Of a stretch of DNA of 64,000 bases, positions 47,671 through 56,868 are shown piece by piece. Position numbers and translations under genes: made by a program. Source of the stretch: Fimbriimonadaceae bacterium (GTDB lineage Bacteria; Armatimonadota; Fimbriimonadia; Fimbriimonadales; Fimbriimonadaceae); NCBI GenBank assembly GCA_026129685.1, contig JAHCHO010000003.1, forward strand, positions 235,256-299,255, in the 5' to 3' direction. The stretch's first letter is position 1. Each line of letters starts with the position of its first letter. Below the pieces are notes generated by a model, which was not told where the DNA came from, ran no database searches, and was given only the letters and a program-made list of their open reading frames with translations.

Positions 47671-49431
47671 CTAGCCTGGGCTCTTGGCAGGAGCCTTGTC
47701 CTTGTCCGTGGGCGGCGCCTTGGTGCCGGACGATTTCTTCGCCTCGTCGAGGAGCTTCTGCTGTTCGGCCTCGTCCGCCTTCTTGGCGGCGTCCCGCTCC
47801 TTCTGGGCCTGCTCCTCCATCTTCCGGAGTTCGGCGGATTCCTTCTCGGCGGCGGCCTTGTCGGTCACCCAGCGCTCGAGTTGCTCGTCCACCAGCTTCG
47901 CGGTCTCTTCGTCGATCTGCTTCTTCTCGCGCAACTGCGCGAGTTTGGTCAGCATCGCCCCGTGGTTGGACTTGCCCAGGTCCGAGGTGTCCATGTTGGC
48001 GCGGGCCGCCTCCAGCAACGTCTGCCCCGCGTTCTCCTTATCGCCCGCGTCCACGTACATGTCCACGACCTGCAGTTGCAGACCCGGCTTGTCGTCGTAC
48101 TGGGGGATGGCCTTGGCGTACTCGATTCGCTTCGCCGACAGGGCTTTCTTCTCCTCGGCGGTGGCCTGGGCGTACTCCGATTCGAACATCACGAACCGAA
48201 CGAGCTTCGCCGCGTTCGACCCGACCGGGTCCTTTTCGATCGCCGTCTCGGCGTCCGCGAGCAGTTCTTTCTGACGTTCCTTGAGCTTCGCGGCGTCACC
48301 AGCCACCGAGGGGTCCGAAGACAGCCGCTGAAAGTCGAAGACGACCTTGTATCCCGCGCTCTTCCAGACGACTCGGTCCTGCTTGCGCATCTCCTCGATC
48401 GCTTTTTGCACCTCGCGAATCACGCGGCTCTGCTTGGCCTGCTGGATCAGTTGCGTCTTGTTCTTGTCCCAGTCCTTCGGAAGTTGGCGCTTGACGTCCA
48501 CGACCTTGTAGATCGCGACGCCGCCGAACTCGTCCAGCACCCCGCTCACGTCGCCCTTCTTGAGCGCCGCGAGGGGCACCAGCCGAGGATCGCCGAGAAG
48601 CATCGCCGTCCCGTATTTCAGTTCGTTCTTACTGACCCGCTCCTTCGGCGTGGTCGGCGCGTCGTTCGAGTACTTGTCCATCGCCTGCTCGAAAGTCGTG
48701 CCGCCCTTGATCTCCGCCAGGATCTTTTCGGCCTCGGCCTTGAGGTCCTTGCCCTTGTTGGAGGCCTCGCTCAGGTACACGCGCTTCAGCGTGAACTCGT
48801 CGTAGTCCTTCAGGACTTCCTCTTCCGTCAGGTTCAGGCGCTTGGTCTCGGCGGCGGCGATCATCGCTTGCGCCGTCTGGAGGACCGCGCTCGTTCGCTT
48901 CGTCGGATCGGCTAGGGTCTGTCGGATCAGGTCCTCGTTGCGCTTCCGCAAGTCCTCGAACGAGGTGAAACCGGGCTGGTCCTTCTTCAGCGCCTCCGTG
49001 TACTGCGCGTCCGTCGCGTCCGCCTTGATCTTTCCGGCCTTCACTAAACGCTCCCGCTCCGACTTGACGAGGTCGTCGATCTGTCCGTTGTAGAAGGCCA
49101 CGATCGCATCGTCCGTCAACGCGATGCCCTTCTGTTTCGCGAGTTCGACCTGCAACCCCCCGTCGATCAGTTGCTGAAGCGCACCCCCGAGCAACGAAAC
49201 CTCAAGGAACGGCGGCAACTCCATCGAGGCTCCGAACTGCCGTTGCTGGTTCTCGACCAACTCCGCCACCTGCCGCGCGTCGATGCTGACCTCGCCGACC
49301 GTCGCGACGACGGTGTCCACCGCGTCGGGGTTCTTGCCCCCCCGGTTGCACTGGCTGGCGTTGAAGATGCCCATCGCCATCACCACCGCGAGGGCGCCGC
49401 CGACCGCGAGGCCGCAGCCGGACTTTTCCAT
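47671..49431 (-). CDS. membrane-anchored periplasmic chaperone / parvulin-type peptidyl-prolyl isomerase (PpiD/SurA-like)
   Basis: The ATG at 49431 gives an N-terminal anchor 'GLAVGGALAVVMAMGIF'. SurA-N-like 'ATVGEVSIDARQV'. Parvulin-like 'AEKILAEIKGGTTFEQAMDKYSND ... KKGDVSGVLDEFGGVAIYKV'. The tail is Lys/Glu-rich. Confidence 0.75.
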   Translation of the reverse strand: MEKSGCGLAVGGALAVVMAMGIFNASQCNRGGKNPDAVDTVVATVGEVSIDARQVAELVENQQRQFGASMELPPFLEVSLLGGALQQLIDGGLQVELAKQKGIALTDDAIVAFYNGQIDDLVKSERERLVKAGKIKADATDAQYTEALKKDQPGFTSFEDLRKRNEDLIRQTLADPTKRTSAVLQTAQAMIAAAETKRLNLTEEEVLKDYDEFTLKRVYLSEASNKGKDLKAEAEKILAEIKGGTTFEQAMDKYSNDAPTTPKERVSKNELKYGTAMLLGDPRLVPLAALKKGDVSGVLDEFGGVAIYKVVDVKRQLPKDWDKNKTQLIQQAKQSRVIREVQKAIEEMRKQDRVVWKSAGYKVVFDFQRLSSDPSVAGDAAKLKERQKELLADAETAIEKDPVGSNAAKLVRFVMFESEYAQATAEEKKALSAKRIEYAKAIPQYDDKPGLQLQVVDMYVDAGDKENAGQTLLEAARANMDTSDLGKSNHGAMLTKLAQLREKKQIDEETAKLVDEQLERWVTDKAAAEKESAELRKMEEQAQKERDAAKKADEAEQQKLLDEAKKSSGTKAPPTDKDKAPAKSPG

Positions 49432-49611
49432 AAAGGTACGAACGTTGTGGATCGACAAAACGGGTTTCTCCGCGGCCCGAGTGCCGGCCGCTATCCTGAT
49501 AACGTCTTTCCGAGCATGAACGCTCCGACGGACGCCGGACTTCGGCGCACGGTGCGCCAAAAGCCGGAGAAGTATGGCACGTCCCGCCGTCCTCGACCCC
49601 GCCCGAGTGAC

Positions 49612-50361
49612 TCAACGCGAGGAGGAGAACACCCCCAGGCGCCCCACCGTCACGAACCCAAAGCGGCGGTACCAGCCCGCCAATCGGTCGTCGCACTGCA
49701 ACGTGACCCGTTCTCCCCGCGCTCGGGCGGCCGCAAGCACCCACCGCACGATTTCCGAGCCGAGCCCCTGACCCCGTTCTTCGAGCCGCACACAGAGATT
49801 GTAGAGGCCGAGGGCTCCCGGCGTTTCGGTCAACAGTACCGCTCCGAACGGACGCTCGCAGTCCGGGGTCCCGTAGAGCCGCATGGTCGAGGCGTCTGCG
49901 GTCGAGCGCGCGATCCCCTCGCGCATCGTCTCCTGGTACCTGCCAAAAAACTGATCCGCCATGAACCGCGCGACGCGAGTCCGATCCTCCGGGGTTTCGG
50001 TTTCCAGAAGGACGAGCCGCCCTTGGTCGCCCAAGACCCGTCCGGGCGCCACCATCACCTCCAGAACGTGCACGCACCGAAGCCCGGTCTTCCGTAGGCG
50101 ACGCTCGACCGGGCCGTGGCCCGGCATCGGCACATACAAGTTCAGATAAGGCCGATCCGCGGCCAAACGCGCCAACCGTCCCGCGTCCGTGACCTCCGTA
50201 CGGTCGAGCAAGGCAAAGTTACAGATCGGGTGCGCAAGGTCCCCCTGAGCGACGACGACGTCGCCCTCTCGCTGGATCGACGTGCCGGGCGTCGCCTCGG
50301 CGAGGGCGACGTAGGTCTCACTCAGGTTGTCGAGCGCAAGCGAGAAGTCGTCCACCGTCAA
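49612..50361 (-). CDS. GNAT family N-acetyltransferase (start TTG 50361 or GTG 50355)
   Basis: The C-terminus 'LYNLCVRLEERGQGLGSEIVRWVLAAARARGERVTLQC ... WYRRFGF' is the acetyl-CoA binding motif A. Confidence 0.7.
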   Translation of the reverse strand: MTVDDFSLALDNLSETYVALAEATPGTSIQREGDVVVAQGDLAHPICNFALLDRTEVTDAGRLARLAADRPYLNLYVPMPGHGPVERRLRKTGLRCVHVLEVMVAPGRVLGDQGRLVLLETETPEDRTRVARFMADQFFGRYQETMREGIARSTADASTMRLYGTPDCERPFGAVLLTETPGALGLYNLCVRLEERGQGLGSEIVRWVLAAARARGERVTLQCDDRLAGWYRRFGFVTVGRLGVFSSSR

Positions 50362-51578
50362 AGGACCGTGCTCCAGAACACCCCGAAGCCCGTGCGCCGA
50401 GTCGTGAACGTAACCCCAACGGCAAAGGAGCGGTCGAGCCGTCGGCCGACGAACAGCTGGCCGCCGCGCGGGGTTACCAGAACGGTCGCCGTCGCGTCCC
50501 CCCGCGCGTTCGAGCGCCACACGTCCGCCCCCGCCGCGATCTGGACCCCCGTCTGCGGGTTGAGCGTCACCCCGAGCCGCACCGTCGGCGCCAGAAAAGA
50601 CCGGGGGGCCGCGAACGCCTCGCCGGCGAACTTGGCGCGAAAGAAGTCGGCCATCGCCCGGAAGATCGGACGTTGCACGAACACCCCCCCGTAGTGCCCG
50701 GTGTCGAGCCAGACCGTGTAGGGCGAGGGAAGCGCCTCGATCAGCCGCTGGGTGTTGCCGGCCGGCACCACGAGGTCGTAGCGCGCGCCTACCACGAAAG
50801 CGTCCCCGGATTCCGAGCGCCGCAAATGGGTCAGCGGCTCGATCGGCCGTAGCGCCTCTCGCAGGCTGTCCTCCGTCACGCGCCGGCGCCGCAGTTCCTT
50901 GCGCGTCTGTACCACCAGCGGGCTGCGCCAGAGAATCCCCGCGAGGTCCACTCCACCGAGCAAGAAGCCACCGTACCGCACGCGCTCCTCGACGCCGTAT
51001 ACGAGCGCCGCCACGATCGCCCCGAGACTGGTGCCGAACACTCCCAACCGGGTGGCGTCCAACTCCGGTCGGGTGCCGATCCAGTCCACCGCCCGCCGAA
51101 CGTCCAACGTCGCCTGGGTCATGGTCTCCACCATCGCCTGTGGGTCGGGTCGGATCGCCAAACTGCCGCTCGTCACGTTGCTCGGCGAACGCTGGAGATG
51201 ATAGGGCAAATCGATCATGAGCGCCGCGATTCCCCGCGCGGCCAATTCGTCCGCCAGGGCCCGTTCGATTTCGAGATTCGCCGCTCCCCAGTAGTGCAGC
51301 ACGATCACGACCGGAAAAGGACCCTCGCCGTCCGGCCGCACCAGCCGCCCGTGAACCGTGTTGTTGATCGCCAAGGCCGTCCGAACCGGACTCGGATACT
51401 CCAGCGCATACTCGCCGATCGCTCCGCGCCTTTCCACGAGTTTCGGGGGACCGAACTCCACCGCCGGCGGCCGCTGCGCGACGGACGGCAGACCGTCCGC
51501 ATCCGCCTGGCCAAACGCCGAGGTAGGCTCAAACGCCGTTACGGCCACGGCAAACGCCATGAACGCTTTTCTCGCCAC
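50358..51578 (-). CDS. secreted alpha/beta hydrolase (dienelactone hydrolase/S9-like); start GTG 51578 or ATG 51560
   Basis: 'PVVIVLHYWG' and the nucleophile elbow 'GVFGTSLGA'. Signal peptide 'ARKAFMAFAVAVTAFEPTSAFG'. The C-terminal ~110 aa is beta-rich and of unknown function. Confidence 0.75.
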   Translation of the reverse strand: MARKAFMAFAVAVTAFEPTSAFGQADADGLPSVAQRPPAVEFGPPKLVERRGAIGEYALEYPSPVRTALAINNTVHGRLVRPDGEGPFPVVIVLHYWGAANLEIERALADELAARGIAALMIDLPYHLQRSPSNVTSGSLAIRPDPQAMVETMTQATLDVRRAVDWIGTRPELDATRLGVFGTSLGAIVAALVYGVEERVRYGGFLLGGVDLAGILWRSPLVVQTRKELRRRRVTEDSLREALRPIEPLTHLRRSESGDAFVVGARYDLVVPAGNTQRLIEALPSPYTVWLDTGHYGGVFVQRPIFRAMADFFRAKFAGEAFAAPRSFLAPTVRLGVTLNPQTGVQIAAGADVWRSNARGDATATVLVTPRGGQLFVGRRLDRSFAVGVTFTTRRTGFGVFWSTVL

Positions 51579-53544
51579 CCTCGCGATTCTCGTCGCCCCC
51601 CAAGCGGCACCGCTCGACACCGACTTCGAGGCGGTCCTCGGCAAAGCCGGGCTTTCGACGCGCACGGCACGGTTCGACGAAAGCGTGCTGCGCCTGTTCC
51701 GCCAAGGGGAATTCACGTCTCCCCTATACGACGCCTTGAGCGAGAATCCTTGGCGCGCGCCGTTCATCACCGACGTCTACCGCCGACAGATCTTCGCCGC
51801 GACGGGCAAGCCGAACGAAGGCGTCGCCCTCGCCGGCCAGTGGATCGGCGCGGGAACCCGCCGCACGCTGGTCGCCGACCCGATCCAGGCTGCGGTCGGG
51901 CGCGCGGGGCAACCCGACGCCCTTAAGACCATCCTCGAGCGGCTCAAAGCCGACGGCGTCCTGCAAGGCGACGTTCCCAACCTCCGCACCGTCCCTGCCG
52001 AGGTCCAGCAGGCGGCCGCCCTCGTGCTTGCCGTCACCCGCGACGTGCTCGACTTCCGCCGAGCCGCCTTTTCGGCCCTTCCCGACCTGGAATCGCACTA
52101 CCGCAAGGTCGCCCAAGGCGGCGAACCCGCCTCCGCCGTCGAGTTCGACGAAGCCCTCCGCCGGATGCGAGCGGTCGACCTTCGCTACCTCGGCGCGGGC
52201 GCGCACGACCTGCTGATGGCCGTCCAGAGCGCTCGGGTTTACCTGGACAAAACCCTCGCGACCGAAACGTACGATCTGACGATGGAGACGGTCTGGGGCA
52301 AGATTCGGCTCAGCGGCGGTCGCAACGACGTCTACGACGCCGGGCCCTACCTGTTGATCGTGGACACCGGCGGCGACGACCGTTACGTGAACGCCCCCGC
52401 GAACCTCAGTAGCGCCAACTGGGCCAGCGTCGTCCTGGACACCCACGGCAAGGACGCCTACCTGAGCGACCCCGCCCTCGCGCAGACCCCCGTCGCCAAG
52501 TGGGACGGACGTCGAAACGGACGCCAAACCCCCGGCCCGGCGGGCGCTCTCTTCGGGTACGCGTTTCTGCTGGACGCGGAGGGCGACGATCTTTATCGGA
52601 CCCACCGCCCCGGGCTCGCGTCGGGACGTTTCGGGGTGGCCGCTCTGCTCGACCAAGCGGGCAACGACGTGTACGAAGGGTACGCGGACGGACTCGGTTT
52701 CGGCCAGTTCGGGATCGGCCTCCTTGAAGACCTGAAAGGCGACGACGCCTACGAGGGGTTCTCGCAGGTGGAAGGTTGCGGCCAAACCGGAGGCGCGGGC
52801 CTGCTCATCGATCGATCGGGGAACGACAGGTACGTCGCGAACGACTCCGTGATCGACTTCGCCTCGCCGCAAAGCGCCGAGCACAACGTGAGCATGTCGC
52901 AGGGGGCCGGCAACGGGCTTCGCGCCGACTACACCCACGGCCACAGTTTGAGCGGCGGCGTCGGATTGCTCTGCGACGTGGCGGGCGACGACACCTACGT
53001 CTGCGGCGTCTTCGGGCAAGGCGTGGGCTACTGGAAGGCCGTCGGCATGCTCTGGGACGGCGCGGGAAAAGACGCGTACCTTGGGCAGTGGTACGTGCAG
53101 GGCGCGTCCGCGCACTTCGCCTTGGGCTATCTCGAAGACGAGGGAGACTCCGGCGATACGTACACCGCCATGATGAATATGGCCCAGGGAGCGGGTCACG
53201 ATTTTGGGTGGGGAATGCTGTTGGATCGCGGGGGCGACGACGCCTACCGGGCGCCAAACCTGAGCCTCGGCGCGGGGAACGCGAACGGTCTCGGCGTTTT
53301 CGTGGACTTCGCGGGAGACGACAAGTACGACTCCAAGGGCACCACCCTCGGGATGGGCGCGGCGGCGGTCAAGAACAGTCTGCGCTCGCGAGCCTTGACC
53401 CTCGGCGTGTTCATGGATTTGGGGGGGCAGGACGTCTACCCCGAGTTTGCTACCTGGGCCAAGAACGCGACGAGCGCGGTGAACTGGACCGATCGCATGC
53501 TCGTTCCCGAGGAGAGTCAACTCGGCGTCTTCTACGACCGGTAG
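51559..53544 (+). CDS. secreted repeat protein of unknown function (13 'G-x-D-x-Y' solenoid-like repeats)
   Basis: The ATG at 51559 gives the hydrophobic N-terminus 'MNAFLATLAILVAPQAAP'. The C-terminal two thirds contain GRNDVY, GGDDRY, HGKDAY, EGDDLY, AGNDVY, KGDDAY, SGNDRY, AGDDTY, AGKDAY, SGDTY, GGDDAY, AGDDKY and GGQDVY. Confidence 0.7.
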   Translation: MNAFLATLAILVAPQAAPLDTDFEAVLGKAGLSTRTARFDESVLRLFRQGEFTSPLYDALSENPWRAPFITDVYRRQIFAATGKPNEGVALAGQWIGAGTRRTLVADPIQAAVGRAGQPDALKTILERLKADGVLQGDVPNLRTVPAEVQQAAALVLAVTRDVLDFRRAAFSALPDLESHYRKVAQGGEPASAVEFDEALRRMRAVDLRYLGAGAHDLLMAVQSARVYLDKTLATETYDLTMETVWGKIRLSGGRNDVYDAGPYLLIVDTGGDDRYVNAPANLSSANWASVVLDTHGKDAYLSDPALAQTPVAKWDGRRNGRQTPGPAGALFGYAFLLDAEGDDLYRTHRPGLASGRFGVAALLDQAGNDVYEGYADGLGFGQFGIGLLEDLKGDDAYEGFSQVEGCGQTGGAGLLIDRSGNDRYVANDSVIDFASPQSAEHNVSMSQGAGNGLRADYTHGHSLSGGVGLLCDVAGDDTYVCGVFGQGVGYWKAVGMLWDGAGKDAYLGQWYVQGASAHFALGYLEDEGDSGDTYTAMMNMAQGAGHDFGWGMLLDRGGDDAYRAPNLSLGAGNANGLGVFVDFAGDDKYDSKGTTLGMGAAAVKNSLRSRALTLGVFMDLGGQDVYPEFATWAKNATSAVNWTDRMLVPEESQLGVFYDR

Positions 53545-53610
53545 CTCCTTCGTAATGGGCCTTTGTGCCCCCCCCTTGACGCGGAGACACCGACGTCGTA
53601 ACGTGGAGTC

Positions 53611-53865
53611 GTGTGGCGAGCGCGGCGAGTCGGTTACTGGGCGTTGGCGCTGGGGGCTTCGGTCCTCTGCCCGGCGGACGTGGTGCAGGAATCCACCTAT
53701 GGGAACGCCGGTTTTCGCGTCAAGATAGCGGGCGTGAACCAGGGGCAAGAGGTGACGGGAACCAACGTCAACTTCTCGGCGGTTCTGGAGTCGTACATTC
53801 CGCCGAACCCGCCGCCGCCCTTGCCAATCCGAGGTACAGGCCGCAGACCTCCCCCGATGGAATAA
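53611..53865 (+). CDS. small hypothetical secreted protein (may be the 5' part of a disrupted gene)
   Basis: The GTG-initiated 84-aa ORF has a signal-like 'RRVGYWALALGASVLCPA'. The GGAG is only 3 nt from the start, and a second ORF in another frame follows. Confidence 0.25.
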   Translation: MWRARRVGYWALALGASVLCPADVVQESTYGNAGFRVKIAGVNQGQEVTGTNVNFSAVLESYIPPNPPPPLPIRGTGRRPPPME

Positions 53866-53959
53866 CGTTCATGAATATGGACATGGCTCTCGGCGCAGGG
53901 AGCGACCCGTCCTTGCGGCTGTTCAACGTCTACGCGGAGAACGAACAGAAACTCACCCT

Positions 53960-55144
53960 TTGGAGAGATCAATGGTATTGCTTGCCGCCCTGACCCTTAC
54001 GCCCGCCATGCTACTAGGGCAAACCCAGGTATCGGTCCACGAGGCCGCCGCTCGTGAGTTCCTTGACGACCTCGTGGCCGCCAGGTTGCTGCCGCACGCC
54101 GCTGACCTCCGTCTGAACCACATCGTCGAGCCCTGGTCAGCACTCGCCCCACACCACTTTGTGCGCCTTGGCAACGGATCGCTCTACTACTCCGTTGCGG
54201 TCGGTGCGGGCGTGTCGCCTCAAATCACCTGTTTTGGGCTGCTGTCGAGCGGCTATGACGGCTTCGAACCCGGGCCGTACGCCAATCCGGATGACGCCCA
54301 TGTCCTCGAGGCGGCCAACGTATTGCATCGGCTGTCAAGGACGCTAGGGGACTCGGCCTTCACAAAGCGTAACTCCTGGTCCAACGAGGAGCGGACCTCC
54401 CACGCCGTCTTTCGGCTCCTTCACGGCGCCATCGTTGGCTCGGGCGGGAGCGACGGCGGGTTGCTTGAACTCGACCGGAGAACAGGCTATCTGCTGAGCT
54501 GGAGCGTTTCGCCGACGTACGCGCCGCCACCCGACCTCCGTCCGCGGGTTCCCCTTGATCAGGCGTTCGCCTCCGTGGCGCAGGCGTTGTTCGCACGGCC
54601 CGGGCTCCTCGCGAACGGCCGAATCATCGCCCTTCCCCAGGACGACCCGAGTCTCTATCGTCCCAAGGTCTGCCTCCCCACTAAGCAGGGCACGCCCCTG
54701 TCCGAGCGCCACGAGGCGCTGAAGAACCAAGGACAGAGCGTCCTTGTGTGGCACCTGCACGTCTACGAAGCGACGCCCGGCGGGGAACGGCTGTTCTCGA
54801 ATCACTGGGTCGGGATGGTGGACGCGATCACGGGCGAAGTGATCTCCGTTGGCCGCATCTCCTCGGGCGGCGGCGGGGCGGGCGGACCGTCCCTCCCTCG
54901 CCTCGATCTCCTACGCTTGAAGGCCGGCATGGTCGAGGTGGGAGGCCGACGTACCCAGACCCCGGCGTTCGGGCTGACCCCCACCGACGATTCGGCGCAG
55001 AATAGGCCCTCCATCGCCTTCCGGTACGCGGGCGCGAACGTCGCCTTCAGCGGGGAGTGGGACGTCGGCACGGTCGTGACCATCGGCGAACAACGGTACC
55101 GCCCCTCGAAGTCCTTCCTGACCGCCCTCCGAACCCTCCGATAG
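53960..55144 (+). CDS. hypothetical secreted protein
   Basis: 'MVLLAALTLTPAMLLGQ' is signal-like. The composition is protein-like over 394 aa. I recognise no family. Confidence 0.6.
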   Translation: MERSMVLLAALTLTPAMLLGQTQVSVHEAAAREFLDDLVAARLLPHAADLRLNHIVEPWSALAPHHFVRLGNGSLYYSVAVGAGVSPQITCFGLLSSGYDGFEPGPYANPDDAHVLEAANVLHRLSRTLGDSAFTKRNSWSNEERTSHAVFRLLHGAIVGSGGSDGGLLELDRRTGYLLSWSVSPTYAPPPDLRPRVPLDQAFASVAQALFARPGLLANGRIIALPQDDPSLYRPKVCLPTKQGTPLSERHEALKNQGQSVLVWHLHVYEATPGGERLFSNHWVGMVDAITGEVISVGRISSGGGGAGGPSLPRLDLLRLKAGMVEVGGRRTQTPAFGLTPTDDSAQNRPSIAFRYAGANVAFSGEWDVGTVVTIGEQRYRPSKSFLTALRTLR

Positions 55145-55177
55145 CGGCTCCGGTTCGCCGCCCGTCACAATGGAGGC

Positions 55178-56602
55178 GTGGCCACGAATCGGCGCACCAA
55201 GATCGTCTGCACCCTCGGCCCGGCGGTGGACGCCCCGATTCTCCTCGCCGCCCTTGTGCGCGAGGGGATGAACGTCGCGCGCCTCAACTGCTCCCACGGC
55301 GACTGGGAGACCCGGCGCCGCTGGGTCGAGCGCATCCGGACTCTCAGCAACGGTCCCGCCCCGGTCGGAATCCTGGTGGACCTCCAGGGGCCCAAGTTCC
55401 GCATCGGAGTGGTCGAGGGTGGACGAATCGCCGTTCGCCCGGGAGAGATTCTACGCATCGGCGTCGGTCCTGGCGTCGGGATTCCGATCGAGCAACCCGA
55501 GATTCTCGGCTGCCTCGAGCGCAACCGACGCTTGCTCTTGGGCGACGGCAACGTGTCTCTCAAGGTGCTGGACGGCGAGGGCACCGCTTTCCGCGCGCGG
55601 GCTCAGAGTGGGGGCGTCGTCACGTCTCGTCAGGGGGTCACGGTCGTCGGCAAGGTTTTCGACGTTCCCGCCCTCACCCCAAAGGACTACGAGGACGCGC
55701 GCGAGGCCTGCCGTTTGGGGGTCGACTTCCTGGCCCTCAGTTACGTCAAGGGTCCCGACGACGTCCTCGCCCTGCGCCGCTTCGTCGCCGACCTCGACCC
55801 CAAGGTGAAGATCGTCGCCAAGATCGAAACGCGGCAGGCGGTCAAACGGATCGACGAGATCATCGCCGTCTCGGACGTGCTGATGGTCGCGCGGGGCGAC
55901 ATGGGCCTGCAGATGGAGATCGAGGAGGTCCCCGCCGCCCAGAAGCGGATCATCGCCCGTTGCGCCGTCTTCGGCAAGCCCGTCATCACCGCGACCCAGA
56001 TGCTGGAGAGCATGGTCGCCTCCCCCCGCCCAACCCGCGCCGAAGCCTCCGATGTCGCCAACGCAATCCTGGACGGCACCGATGCGGTGATGCTCAGCGG
56101 CGAGACGGCGGCAGGCGAGTACCCCATCGAGGCGTTACGGGCGATGGCGCGCATCGCGGAGCGGACCGACGCCACTTTCGACAACGACCCCTTGCTCCGC
56201 GACTTCGAACGGCGGGCCCGGCTCAAGGCGGTCTCGCACACCGAGGCGGTCGCCCATGCCGTCGCCGAACTCGCCGACCTCATCGAACCCGCCGCCATCC
56301 TAACCACCACGACCTCGGGCCAGACCGCACGCTTGGTCAGTAAGTTTCGCCCCGCCGTTCCGATCCTTTGCGCCACCTGGGACTCCCGCACCGAACGCCA
56401 GATGTCGGTCGTCTGGGGCGTCGAGGCCGTCTCCATCGACCTTCCGCGCACCACCGACGAGATCGTCGCGAGCGCGACCGCACGATTCCTGTGCGACAAA
56501 CGTCTGAAGGAGGGGGATACACTCGTGTTGACGGCGGGCGTCCCGGCGGGAACCCCCGGCAACACGAATCTGATTCTCACGCATACGGTCCCAAAACCAT
56601 GA
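55178..56602 (+). CDS. pyk: pyruvate kinase
   Basis: 'TKIVCTLGPA', 'MNVARLNCSHG', 'MVARGDMGLQMEIEEVP' and 'VITATQMLESM'. Confidence 0.95.
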   Translation: MATNRRTKIVCTLGPAVDAPILLAALVREGMNVARLNCSHGDWETRRRWVERIRTLSNGPAPVGILVDLQGPKFRIGVVEGGRIAVRPGEILRIGVGPGVGIPIEQPEILGCLERNRRLLLGDGNVSLKVLDGEGTAFRARAQSGGVVTSRQGVTVVGKVFDVPALTPKDYEDAREACRLGVDFLALSYVKGPDDVLALRRFVADLDPKVKIVAKIETRQAVKRIDEIIAVSDVLMVARGDMGLQMEIEEVPAAQKRIIARCAVFGKPVITATQMLESMVASPRPTRAEASDVANAILDGTDAVMLSGETAAGEYPIEALRAMARIAERTDATFDNDPLLRDFERRARLKAVSHTEAVAHAVAELADLIEPAAILTTTTSGQTARLVSKFRPAVPILCATWDSRTERQMSVVWGVEAVSIDLPRTTDEIVASATARFLCDKRLKEGDTLVLTAGVPAGTPGNTNLILTHTVPKP

Positions 56603-56868
56603 AAGCACGGATGCTGATCACCGGTTTGGTCGTCCTCGCGGCCGTTGGCACGGGCGCGCTCCTCAGTCGCGAGCCTTGGCGGCTCTATCGCGAGCAACAG
56701 GCGAAGACCGACCAAAGCCTTCGCGCCATGCGCGCCGCCGAGGACAAGAGCGCCAACCTGACGCGCCAGAAGGCACACGCCGACAGCCCCCTCGGACGCG
56801 AAGAACTCGCCCGCAAGATGGGCTTCCGCAAGCCCGGCGAGGCTCTCGTGGACGCGGGCGAACGATGA
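56599..56868 (+). CDS. small single-pass membrane protein, FtsB/DivIC (septum formation initiator)-like
   Basis: ATGA overlap with the pyk stop. TM 'MLITGLVVLAAVGTGALL' is followed by a short coiled-coil-like segment. Confidence 0.45.
   Translation: MKARMLITGLVVLAAVGTGALLSREPWRLYREQQAKTDQSLRAMRAAEDKSANLTRQKAHADSPLGREELARKMGFRKPGEALVDAGER

Noticed and set aside
51724-53748. 674-aa ORF antisense to the G-x-D-x-Y repeat protein
   Set aside because: It is a high-GC antisense frame with Val/Gly/Arg/Ala-rich composition, no signal peptide and no motifs.
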